From Spirochaetota bacterium (GTDB taxonomy: Bacteria; Spirochaetota; UBA6919; CBDBPB01): 64,000 nucleotides of DNA. The position numbers and the translations under genes are program-made. The notes beneath the pieces are model-generated. The model made no database searches and was not told the DNA's origin. It saw nothing but the letters and a program-made list of their open reading frames with translations. This document shows positions 49,928 through 59,602 of the stretch, in pieces. The stretch is taken from positions 53,931 to 117,930 of the forward strand of contig CBDBPB010000009.1 in assembly GCA_965208615.1 (NCBI GenBank), read 5' to 3'. The number at the start of each line of letters is the position of its first letter. Within the stretch, counting starts at the first letter, position 1.

Positions 49928-50788
49928 TTAACTAACTATCTTATAATTAATACGTTGCTTTCTTTTTAATCTTATAAAAGCTTCAAGCTTAGCAAGAATA
50001 CTCCCAGTTACCCTTCCATGACCGTCTAAATATAGACCGTTATACCTATCTGCTAAGAACTTAGACATTATCTGCTTATTACAAAACGACTGAGCATAAA
50101 ATACAGTGGGTATATTATAATAAATATCCCACTCCATATCATCTCTAGAAGGTATACCCATTTCTACAAGCCTTATCCACCCTTCTATGTGAGTATCATC
50201 AGGAAAGATGTTCAACAAATCTATATCATGTGGAGGTACCCCATGATAATTAAATTGAGGCTCACACCTATTATTTATGTAATAGTCTTTTTCTTGCTCA
50301 GACAGGGGGGCATAAACCATATTCATAATCCTAATCACCCTATCTTTTAAGCTATGCCTTGCCATAGATATTATAGGTTCACGAATTTTAGTCTTATTAA
50401 GATTAGATCCATCAATAACCTTAAAATCTAACCTCGAAAGTATATCCCTAACATTACGACCCTGATCACATTTATCACGGCCACTAGTACAAATTATATA
50501 CTCTATACTATCCCTATAACAAATAGCATTATTTATTATATTCCTAATAATATGACAATAGTCGTCCTGGACTATCTTTACGTTACTAACTTTAAAGTCT
50601 ATATCCAGGTCCAAAAAGCTATATCCCTCTTCTATAAAAAGATCCATAACCTTTTGATCAGGCTGACCATAAAAACCTATTTTTTTATTATGATTACCAC
50701 TTTTTGCATAGTTCTTAATATCCCTATAAAAACTCTTTCGATTTAACATATAATCATGGTGTAGGTCATTAATATCAGCTATCAACAT
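49928..50788 (-). CDS. Hypothetical protein resembling a miniature 2-hydroxyacyl-CoA dehydratase (HgdA/B-like) subunit
   Basis: Three spaced Cys motifs YCHII, KCDQGR, QSFC; IGFYG; terminal AKLEAFI; ends 10 nt before the activator gene. Confidence 0.6.
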   Translation of the reverse strand: MLIADINDLHHDYMLNRKSFYRDIKNYAKSGNHNKKIGFYGQPDQKVMDLFIEEGYSFLDLDIDFKVSNVKIVQDDYCHIIRNIINNAICYRDSIEYIICTSGRDKCDQGRNVRDILSRLDFKVIDGSNLNKTKIREPIISMARHSLKDRVIRIMNMVYAPLSEQEKDYYINNRCEPQFNYHGVPPHDIDLLNIFPDDTHIEGWIRLVEMGIPSRDDMEWDIYYNIPTVFYAQSFCNKQIMSKFLADRYNGLYLDGHGRVTGSILAKLEAFIRLKRKQRINYKIVS

Positions 50789-51072
50789 TATATAACTATC
50801 CAAAAACGTAATATGACTAAAAAGCTCTAATACCCACAAAATAGGAATACTACAACATAGACAACTTAAATATAATAAATTCTAAAATATTGTATGTTGA
50901 CTTAATATGTAATTTTGAACACATTAATATTAGAACACTTAGGCTGACAGCTATAAAAAGTTATTTTAGAAGGTTTAACATAGTCTGATAGAACGAAGCA
51001 AAGTAAAAAAACTGCTATTGACTTTAGCTTACTATAATAGTATTATTTTCCTTATAGCAAACGGAGGAAATA

Positions 51073-51765
51073 GTGAAAAAAATATCTATTGTATTACTAA
51101 TAATACTTTTTACAAGCTTTTGCGAAGAGAAAAAACCTAACTTTTTAGCCAGAGAAGATTATTCATACCTAAAAAAACAAAATAAAACTCTTTTAGTAAT
51201 AAGAGTATTAGTTAATACTGATGATAGCCCAGTGGATCAAACACCTGAAAACATAATTAATAATGCTATATACGATAATATTACAAAGTTTGCAATAAAT
51301 TATCGCACTATCTTTATTAAAGAACTAAATAAACACGACAAAAAAAAGAAAATTATTATATACGATAAAAAAAATGGGAATAACTATTTACAATACATTA
51401 ATAAAAGTTATCCCAAAAACTTAGCCAATAACTTCGACTTAATATTAGAGGTTGATATATTTATACTACTATATTATGACTACTCCCACCATGTCCACGC
51501 CATTAAACGTGAAAAACTACGCCTTATAGATGTAAATGGAAAGGTATACTTGTCATCCTTTCTTAATGAGACATTAAAATCAATCGGAGAAAAGGTAATT
51601 TTAAGACAAAATAAAAACAATCTTTTAAAGGCATTACAAAATATCGTTAATAAAAATATAACACAAAAAATAAAATACATACTAAACACTGAACATAAGC
51701 CTAATAAAGATAATATAACACCATTACCCCCTTCTTTAGAAAAGGATAATCTAAGTAAAGACTAA
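51073..51765 (+). CDS. Hypothetical lipoprotein
   Basis: GTG behind GGAGG; spirochaete-type lipobox LFTSFC. Confidence 0.75.
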   Translation: MKKISIVLLIILFTSFCEEKKPNFLAREDYSYLKKQNKTLLVIRVLVNTDDSPVDQTPENIINNAIYDNITKFAINYRTIFIKELNKHDKKKKIIIYDKKNGNNYLQYINKSYPKNLANNFDLILEVDIFILLYYDYSHHVHAIKREKLRLIDVNGKVYLSSFLNETLKSIGEKVILRQNKNNLLKALQNIVNKNITQKIKYILNTEHKPNKDNITPLPPSLEKDNLSKD

Positions 51766-51768
51766 ACT

Positions 51769-52908
51769 TTAAAAAATTAAGATTAATTCTTTATTATATA
51801 AAAACATTTGTCTAACTTTTGCCTTTTCAGTTTGACTAAGAGGATTACCAGATAAGTTTAGTTTATTTAGTCTGCTAAGCTTTTTAAAAGTATATGGTAT
51901 TTTTTTAATGTTGTTATAGCTTAAGTCCAGCTCTCTAAGATCATTAAGGCTCCCAAGGGATGGGGGTAGTGTATTTAGTTTATTATGGCTTAAATTAAGA
52001 TATCTTAAATTACTAAGCCTTGAAAACGATAAAGGAACATCTTTTAATAGGTTATGAGAAAGGTTAATTTCTTTTAGATTTTCTAATTTACCAATATCGG
52101 CGGGTAATACGTATAAATTGTTATATTCTGCATAAAGTTTTCTCAAATTAACTAGTTTAGTAATTTTTGGAGTTAGCTTTTCTAAACTATTAGAAGAAAT
52201 ATTTAACTCCCTTAGGCTAGTTAGCTTTTCTATACCATGGGGTATATTATAAAGAGTGCTGTTATATAGATTTAACTTTTCCAGGCTAGTAAAATATCCT
52301 ATCTCAGGGGAGAGCATCGGACTATAACTGAATGCCATATTAATAAGTTTAACTTTTTTAAGTTTATAGACCTCTTTTGGGAATTTAAAAAAATAAGATC
52401 CAACTAAATGTATTTCAACTAATTCTTTTAACTCTCCCACATTAGGATGGAGCCTTCTAAAGCGATTAAAACTAAGGTCTAGTATATGTAAACCCTTATA
52501 CCCTTTTATCTCCGCTCCTATTTCTTTAATCCCTGTATTCCTTAGGTAGATTATTTTTAATTTTCTTAGATTGCCTAAAGGCAAAGATATTATAGGGTTA
52601 TTCGATAAGTTAAGTAATTCTAAATTACTAAGCTTTGATATATGAGGAGTTAAACTGCTAATCTGGTGATAGAAAGGATCAACCTCTAAAATATAAACAT
52701 CATCCGGATTAATAAAAGCAGATTCAATACTTGTATACGTTTTATAACTCTCTTTTAGTAGTTTTAAATATTGTTTTTTATTTTCAAATGTACTATATTT
52801 AAGTAGTTTTTTGCTTTTAGATTTGCTATAAGCAAATAAAAAAGTAGCTTTAGCTCCAATTAGTACTACTAATGCCATTAAACTAAAATTAATAATAACT
52901 CTTAACAT
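51769..52908 (-). CDS. Exported leucine-rich repeat protein (23-aa repeats, Leptospira-like)
   Basis: Signal peptide, then repeated LxxLxLSxNxLxxLPxxIxxL; ends LSGNPLSQTEKAKVR. Confidence 0.92.
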   Translation of the reverse strand: MLRVIINFSLMALVVLIGAKATFLFAYSKSKSKKLLKYSTFENKKQYLKLLKESYKTYTSIESAFINPDDVYILEVDPFYHQISSLTPHISKLSNLELLNLSNNPIISLPLGNLRKLKIIYLRNTGIKEIGAEIKGYKGLHILDLSFNRFRRLHPNVGELKELVEIHLVGSYFFKFPKEVYKLKKVKLINMAFSYSPMLSPEIGYFTSLEKLNLYNSTLYNIPHGIEKLTSLRELNISSNSLEKLTPKITKLVNLRKLYAEYNNLYVLPADIGKLENLKEINLSHNLLKDVPLSFSRLSNLRYLNLSHNKLNTLPPSLGSLNDLRELDLSYNNIKKIPYTFKKLSRLNKLNLSGNPLSQTEKAKVRQMFLYNKELILIF

Positions 52909-53112
52909 AAATAAATTATCCTTAATTATTAAAAGATGATTTTAATAAAACGTCAATATTGATAATTTCATTTTCGATAATGGTTATAGAAAAATTAATA
53001 TAACTTCAATTTTTATGTTGTTAGCTAATAATATTTAATGTTAAATTATTTTTGGTTTTTAATTATAATAAAATATTTTTATGGGTTTATATAACAAAGA
53101 GGTATACTAACT

Positions 53113-53952
53113 ATGAATAAAACTAGAATTTTACTTGCCGACAATAATCTTAATGAAAATACTTCAATAAAGACTTTTGTAGATAAGCTAAATAATGATC
53201 CAGATATATTTATTGTATTTGCAAGTAGTTACAAAGAGGCAATTAGCTATGTTAATGATAATAAGCCCGACTTCATTGTACTATATGATAATAAGGCATC
53301 CAATATCCTTGAAAACCCTACTATCAACTCTCCTAAAGAAAGTGATAAAAGTAATAATATCCCATTAATATTCATATCTAGTGAAGACCAAATAAAAAAT
53401 AAGCTAATAGAGTATGAAGAACTTAAAAAAAGAGTTAGCATTTTAGAAGAAATATCCATTACAGATGCTCTTACAGGACTATATAACCGACGTCATCTCG
53501 ATCATAGACTACCCGAAGAAGTCGCTAGAGCTAATCGACATAACCTTGATATCTCTTGTTTGATCGTAGACATAGATGAATTTAAAAATATTAATGACAA
53601 CTTTGGACATAAAAAAGGGGATATTGCATTAATAAAAACTGGTTCCATAATTCTGGACCTATGTAGAGAAACTGATATTGTTTGTAGGTACGGAGGAGAT
53701 GAGTTTTTTATTATATTGCCAGAAACTGATAAAGATGGAGCAATCTTCCTAGCCAATAGAATATTGAAAAAAATAGAAAATAAAATATTTATACTCTCAA
53801 ATATACAAAAACAACTAACTGTTAGTATAGGTCTATCATATAAACTGCCTAAAGAATCTAAATCACCACAACTTATGCTAGAACAAGCTGATACATCACT
53901 GTATAAAGCTAAGGTAAATGGAAAAAATAAATTGGTCATTTTTAAAGAATAA
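53113..53952 (+). CDS. Diguanylate cyclase (GGDEF) with degenerate receiver-like N-terminus
   Basis: DALTGLYNRR, DIDEFKNINDNFGH, I-site RETD, RYGGDEF, KAKVNGKN. Confidence 0.93.
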   Translation: MNKTRILLADNNLNENTSIKTFVDKLNNDPDIFIVFASSYKEAISYVNDNKPDFIVLYDNKASNILENPTINSPKESDKSNNIPLIFISSEDQIKNKLIEYEELKKRVSILEEISITDALTGLYNRRHLDHRLPEEVARANRHNLDISCLIVDIDEFKNINDNFGHKKGDIALIKTGSIILDLCRETDIVCRYGGDEFFIILPETDKDGAIFLANRILKKIENKIFILSNIQKQLTVSIGLSYKLPKESKSPQLMLEQADTSLYKAKVNGKNKLVIFKE

Positions 53953-54188
53953 AAAAACTAATATCTTAAAACATACTCCTAAAAAGACTCATCATTAAAA
54001 ATCTGACACTTATTCTTAGTTAATATATATCTTTTTCAATTGTTGTCTTTTATCTTCCGAAAGATTATTTAAAATAATAGAAATATTAAAATCTTTTAAC
54101 TGTAATTAAATTAAAACTCTTAGTACAAGTTAACATTATAATTAAATATAAAATAGATCTATTCTCTATACCAAATTAAGGAAATATT

Positions 54189-57100
54189 ATGAGTCAATTC
54201 GTTCACTTACATACCCATTCGCATTACTCCCTTTGTGATGCTGTAGGAACTATTCCAAAACTAATAAAAAAGGCATGTCAATTAAATATGCCTGCCTTAG
54301 CCCTAACCGATCATGGTAATATCTTTGGGATGATTGAGTTTTATAATAAAGCTAAAAAAGCTGGAATTAAGCCAATTATCGGTTGTGAGCTTTATATATC
54401 AAACAGTCCACATACAAAACGTTCTATAAGCCAAGGAAGTAAGAATTATCATCATTTAATTGTCCTTGCTAAAAATATAACCGGCTATTATAACTTAATT
54501 AAATTGGTATCCACTGGCTATACCCATGGTTTTTACTATAAACCTAGAGTGGATAAAGAAACTCTAAAAACACATTCCGAAGGTTTAATAGGATTAAGTG
54601 CCTGTTTAGCAGGTGAAATACCTTTTTCGCTTTTACAGGGTGATGACAAAAAAGCAAAAGCTGTTGCACTAGACTATAGTGAACTCTTCGGAAAAGATAG
54701 CTTTTATTTAGAGCTACAAAACCACGGTATTGATAAACAAATAATTGTTAATGAAAAGCTAATTAGTCTATCTAAAGAGACTAATATACCATTAGTGGCA
54801 ACCAATGATGTTCACTACCTAAATGGAGACGACTATGAAGCTCATGATACACTCTTATGTATAGGACAAGGTAAAAAGCTATCCGACGATAATCGTATAC
54901 GTTATTACGGCAGAGAGTTCTATTTCAAAAGCTTTGATGAGATGAATCAGATTTTTAATAAAGTTCCAGAAGCCCTTAGTAATACCCTTGTTATAGCGAG
55001 TTTATGTAATGTTGAGTTTGACTTTAAGGATAGCCTCCCTAACTTTGATGTACCAAAAGGATATACCCTTAATAACTACCTTAAAAAGCTTTGTGAAAAA
55101 GGTGTAAAACAAAGATATAAAAACATTAACTCTATAATCATAGATAGAATGAACTATGAGCTTAGTGTAATTTGTAATATGGGTTTTGCTGGATATTTTC
55201 TCATAGTACAAGATTTTATTCAATATGCTAAAAACTCTAATATTGGAGTTGGTCCAGGAAGAGGTAGTGCGGCTGGATCATTAGTTGCTTATGCCCTTGG
55301 AATTACTAATATTGATCCGCTAAAGTATAACCTTATATTTGAACGTTTTCTTAGTCCCGAGAGAATATCAATGCCAGATATAGATACCGACTTTCAGGAT
55401 GAGAAACGTGATGAGGTAATAAATTATGTTCTAAATAAATATGGTAAAAATAAGGTTGCTGGTATTATTACCTTTGGTGCATTGAAGGCTAGAGCCGTTA
55501 TCCGTGATGTAGGCAGGGTATTGGATATCCCCCTTAATGAGGTTGATAGGTTGGCTAAGCTAATACCAGCTGGGCCTGGAGCTAAGTTGGAGTCTGCTTA
55601 TAATGAAATACCCGAACTTAAAACTCTTATAGATAGTAATCCCCTATATCAAAAGTTGTTTAGCCTTTCCAAAAAGCTTGAGGGGATTAATAGGCATGCT
55701 GGCACTCACGCCGCTGGAGTGGTTATAGGCCATGATGATTTATCAAAAATAGTGCCTTTGTATGCAGAGCCTAAATCTGGTAATCTATCAACCCAATATG
55801 AGGGTAAGTATTTGGAAGAGTGCGGTCTTTTAAAGATGGACTTCCTTGGGCTAAAAAACCTTTCTGTAGTACAAAAGTGTATAGATATTATTAAAACTAC
55901 TAAAAATAAAGACTTAGATATAAATAATATACCTCTAAACGACCAAAAAGCGTATGAACTCCTAAAAAAAGGTAATTCATTAGGAGTATTCCAGTTAGAA
56001 AGCTCTGGCATCCAAGAACTAATGAAAAAACTTAAACCCAGCATCTTTGAGGATATAATTGCACTTATTGCCCTTTATAGACCAGGTCCCCTTAACTCTG
56101 GTATGGCTGATGAGTTTATTGAGCGTAAAGATAATCCAAATAAGATTAAGTTTGATCATCCCTTACTAAAGAGCATATTAAAAGAAACTTACGGCGTTAT
56201 CGTTTATCAAGAACAGGTAATGGAGATAGCAAGAGAAATTGGCGGCTTTAGTATGGGTAAGGCTGACATATTAAGAAAGGCTATGGGGAAAAAGCTTATA
56301 GACAAAATGAATATACTTAAAAAAGACTTTGTTGATGGAGCCGTAAATAAAAAGATAGATAAATCCATTGCTGAAAAACTATACAACCTTATGGCAAGGT
56401 TTGGTGAATATGGATTTAATAAATCCCATAGTGCCGCTTATGCTATGATAACATATCAAACTGCCTACCTCAAGGCTAACTATACTATCGAATATATGGC
56501 CGCTCTTTTGTCATGCGATAAAGACAATACCGATAAAATAGTGGAGTATGTAGCTGATACAAAAAGTATGGATATAAAAATACTATCCCCTTCTATAAAC
56601 TACAGTTATGCTGACTTCACCGTAAAGAATAAGGATATTAAATTCGGACTTTCTGCCATTAAGAATATTGGTATTAACTCTGTGGAGGCCATTATAGCAG
56701 AAAGAAATAAAAATGGTCATTTTAAATCACTATCCGACCTATGCCAACGAATTGATCTAAGAACAGTAAACAAAAAAGTATTGGAATGCCTTATAAAATC
56801 AGGGGCATGCGATGGCTTAAATGATAATAGAGCCACTCTATACTCAATAATAGACAACTCCATTGACTATGCACAAAAACTTAAAGAGGATAAAGATAAA
56901 GGACAGTTCTCTTTATTTGGAGAAAACAATAAAACTGAACCTCTTTATAAGCCGCTAATCAATAAAATTAATGAATGGGATAACTTAAAATTATTAAAGT
57001 ATGAAAAAGAAGTTTTGGGATTTTACTTTTCCGGTCATCCTCTTGAGAAGTACTTGGATAAAATCAATAAGCTAAACATAAACCGCATTAGTAAACTAAA

Positions 57101-57662
57101 AGATTATAAAGAAGGTAGTGAGGTAGCTATTTGTGGTTTGGTAAGAGAGACTAGATTTTTAGTATCCAAAAAGCAGACTGAATATGCACTAATAACCTTA
57201 GAAGGCTTAAGTGGAAGCTGTGAAATAGCATTTTTTAAGAAAACCTATGCCGATGCTAAACCTCTTTTGGTGGTTGACAATATTTTATATATTAGGGGTA
57301 AGCTTGGTAGTTCAGAACCAAGTATTAAGATAATAGCAAACAAAACTAAGAATATTGATAACGTTAATGAAAATAGAATTACCCCGCCTATTATTAAGCC
57401 AATTAAGCCTTTACAAAATATAAACATAGAAATTAAGGATATGGTTATACGTCAGAATCGTTTTGATAAGATAGAAGGGCTTAAAATGTATTTTCTTAAT
57501 CATAGGGGTAATGTACCGGTTTACATTCACTTCCCACCTGACGGACTTAAAACAAAACACGTTATGGTAAAAGCTGGTAATGAGTTCAACCTAAAGATTA
57601 CAGAGAATCTTATTAATGAGATGGAGTGCATTGACTGCGTTGAAAGAGCATGGATCGGATAA
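54189..57662 (+). CDS. dnaE: DNA polymerase III alpha subunit
   Basis: PHP domain HLHTHS..TDHGN, GPGRGSAAGS, MPDIDTDF, KMDFLGL, YGFNKSH; no intein. Confidence 0.99.
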   Translation: MSQFVHLHTHSHYSLCDAVGTIPKLIKKACQLNMPALALTDHGNIFGMIEFYNKAKKAGIKPIIGCELYISNSPHTKRSISQGSKNYHHLIVLAKNITGYYNLIKLVSTGYTHGFYYKPRVDKETLKTHSEGLIGLSACLAGEIPFSLLQGDDKKAKAVALDYSELFGKDSFYLELQNHGIDKQIIVNEKLISLSKETNIPLVATNDVHYLNGDDYEAHDTLLCIGQGKKLSDDNRIRYYGREFYFKSFDEMNQIFNKVPEALSNTLVIASLCNVEFDFKDSLPNFDVPKGYTLNNYLKKLCEKGVKQRYKNINSIIIDRMNYELSVICNMGFAGYFLIVQDFIQYAKNSNIGVGPGRGSAAGSLVAYALGITNIDPLKYNLIFERFLSPERISMPDIDTDFQDEKRDEVINYVLNKYGKNKVAGIITFGALKARAVIRDVGRVLDIPLNEVDRLAKLIPAGPGAKLESAYNEIPELKTLIDSNPLYQKLFSLSKKLEGINRHAGTHAAGVVIGHDDLSKIVPLYAEPKSGNLSTQYEGKYLEECGLLKMDFLGLKNLSVVQKCIDIIKTTKNKDLDINNIPLNDQKAYELLKKGNSLGVFQLESSGIQELMKKLKPSIFEDIIALIALYRPGPLNSGMADEFIERKDNPNKIKFDHPLLKSILKETYGVIVYQEQVMEIAREIGGFSMGKADILRKAMGKKLIDKMNILKKDFVDGAVNKKIDKSIAEKLYNLMARFGEYGFNKSHSAAYAMITYQTAYLKANYTIEYMAALLSCDKDNTDKIVEYVADTKSMDIKILSPSINYSYADFTVKNKDIKFGLSAIKNIGINSVEAIIAERNKNGHFKSLSDLCQRIDLRTVNKKVLECLIKSGACDGLNDNRATLYSIIDNSIDYAQKLKEDKDKGQFSLFGENNKTEPLYKPLINKINEWDNLKLLKYEKEVLGFYFSGHPLEKYLDKINKLNINRISKLKDYKEGSEVAICGLVRETRFLVSKKQTEYALITLEGLSGSCEIAFFKKTYADAKPLLVVDNILYIRGKLGSSEPSIKIIANKTKNIDNVNENRITPPIIKPIKPLQNINIEIKDMVIRQNRFDKIEGLKMYFLNHRGNVPVYIHFPPDGLKTKHVMVKAGNEFNLKITENLINEMECIDCVERAWIG

Positions 57663-57763
57663 TCACTTATCTTTTAAACTCACAGCATAAAATTAAAACT
57701 AAACATATTATGGCTGACAATGAGTTTAAGTTAATTAAGCTTTTATTAAATCTACATGCTAAT

Positions 57764-57848
57764 TGCCGGGAGCCGGACTTGAACCGGCACGGTATAAAAT
57801 ACCACAGGATTTTAAGTCCTGAGTGTCTACCAATTCCACCACCCCGGC
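57764..57848 (-). tRNA. tRNA-Leu (TAA), no encoded CCA
   Basis: GCCGGGGTGGTGGAATTGGTAGAC...CAGGA-CTTAAAA-TCCTG, long variable arm, GGTTCAAGTCC...CCCGGCA. Confidence 0.97.
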
Positions 57849-57850
57849 AT

Positions 57851-57922
57851 AGGCGTGGGCGGGATTCGAACCCGCGATAGCGATTTTGCAGACCGCCGCC
57901 TTAGCCTCTTGGCTACCACGCC
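57851..57922 (-). tRNA. tRNA-Cys (GCA), no encoded CCA
   Basis: GGCGTGGTAGCCAAGAGGCTAAGGC...GCGGT-CTGCAAA-ATCGC...GGTTCGAATCC...CACGCCT. Confidence 0.97.
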
Positions 57923-58158
57923 ATAACTAAACATAACAGCTTAAAATGGTGTGCATAAAATTAACACTTGCTAATAGTCTTTTAATATACTAAAAATTAC
58001 TTTAACGGCAACTAATTTTTTATTTATCTTTATAATAAATACATACTAAACATTATCCCGCTATAACTAAACCATTATTTTAAAAACTACTAAGCCTTAA
58101 TCTCTTAAAAAAACCTCTATTTCCCTTACCTTTAAGCCTCATACAAGGGTCCATAATA

Positions 58159-59508
58159 TTATGTATTGAAGCTTGATATTTTTTCCTGTTCGTTTACCTT
58201 ATACCTACTATTAACAAAATCAATAGCGTCAGCCTTAGTTTTAATACTATTTTCCAGCTGAGCGCTTTCAACATCTTTAAAAATCTTTTTAAATATTGGT
58301 CCCGGCTTAAACCCCATATCAACAAGAACTTTACCATCAATTAACTTTGGCGGATTAAGAATAATATTATCCTCAGAAGAATAATCCTTTAGCTTATTTA
58401 TACAAAAATAATAGTGATCCAGCTTATTATGACTGGAAATACAATCTAACCTATGCAGTTCAAGATGATCACTGAAATTCTCCATTCTGAGGAATCTTTT
58501 TAATTTACTCTCTCTCATTTTCTGAACATTCATAAACTTCATGTGCTTCGCAACCATATCTACAACTCTATTAGCAGACTTATTACTAAGTTTAAGCCTC
58601 TTACAAACGCCTTTAGCAATATCAGCCCCAACCTTATCATGACTATTAAAACGAATCCTACCATCATAACTAATAGTACTTGGTTTTCCAACATCGTGTA
58701 ATAATACAGCTAGAGCCAGCTCTCTTGAAGGATTATCCATATTTTTAAGCATCAAAAGTGTATGTATAAATACATCCCCCTCTGGATGAAAGTCTTTAGG
58801 CTGTTCCACACCTTTAAGTTTTGCCACCTCTGGTAGAATTATATTAAGTAATCCAGATTCATAAAGTAGCTCTATTCCCCTTTTAGGGTCATTATCAGTT
58901 AAAATCTTAACTAATTCATCATTAACCCTCTCATTGCTAACACTAACAATATCTTTATTAAGTAATTTAATAGCATTCCATGTGTCTTTCTCAATATCAT
59001 AACCAAACCGTGACGCAAAACGTATTGCACGCATCATTCTAAGCTTATCCTCGTTAAACCTCTCAATAGGCTTTCCAATAGAACGTATTAGCCTATTATT
59101 AATATCTTTTCTACCATCAACATAGTCAATAATCTTATGGTTAATAGGGTCATAAAACATCCCATTAATAGTAAAATCCCGTCTTTTTGCATCCTCTAGC
59201 TCGTCAGAAAACTTAATAGACTCAGGATGCCTGCCATCTATATAACTATTATCCTTACGGAATGTGGCAACCTCAAACTCAACTCCATCAACAATTACGA
59301 TTATAACTCCAAACTGAATGCCTACAGGAATAGTTCGTCTAAATAAGCCCATAACATCATTAGGCTTAGCCTCTGTAACAATATCAATATCCTTAAAAGG
59401 AAGCCCTAATATTTTATCCCTAACACAGCCACCTGCAAAATAAGCCTTATAACCGTTAACTACTAACTTATTAACTATTTTAAAAGCTAATCTTTTAAGC
59501 CTCATCAC
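58159..59508 (-). CDS. cca: CCA tRNA nucleotidyltransferase with HD domain
   Basis: AGGCVRD, DIDIVT, EVATFR, DAKRRDFTIN, EDKLR, HPEGDV, LLHDVGK. Confidence 0.93.
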   Translation of the reverse strand: MMRLKRLAFKIVNKLVVNGYKAYFAGGCVRDKILGLPFKDIDIVTEAKPNDVMGLFRRTIPVGIQFGVIIVIVDGVEFEVATFRKDNSYIDGRHPESIKFSDELEDAKRRDFTINGMFYDPINHKIIDYVDGRKDINNRLIRSIGKPIERFNEDKLRMMRAIRFASRFGYDIEKDTWNAIKLLNKDIVSVSNERVNDELVKILTDNDPKRGIELLYESGLLNIILPEVAKLKGVEQPKDFHPEGDVFIHTLLMLKNMDNPSRELALAVLLHDVGKPSTISYDGRIRFNSHDKVGADIAKGVCKRLKLSNKSANRVVDMVAKHMKFMNVQKMRESKLKRFLRMENFSDHLELHRLDCISSHNKLDHYYFCINKLKDYSSEDNIILNPPKLIDGKVLVDMGFKPGPIFKKIFKDVESAQLENSIKTKADAIDFVNSRYKVNEQEKISSFNT

Positions 59509-59602
59509 CTTAAAACCCTAATATACAAATAAATATATTTAAATTAATACTATAAAGTGAAAACAATTAATTATTATTGTTAAATCATAATGGGAATATA
59601 AA

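Noticed and set aside
50852-50900. Imperfect inverted repeat upstream of the Hgd-like operon
   Set aside because: Short, mismatched and AT-rich; compatible with chance.
57650-57880. 76-aa ORF after dnaE
   Set aside because: It is the antisense reading of tRNA-Leu and tRNA-Cys.
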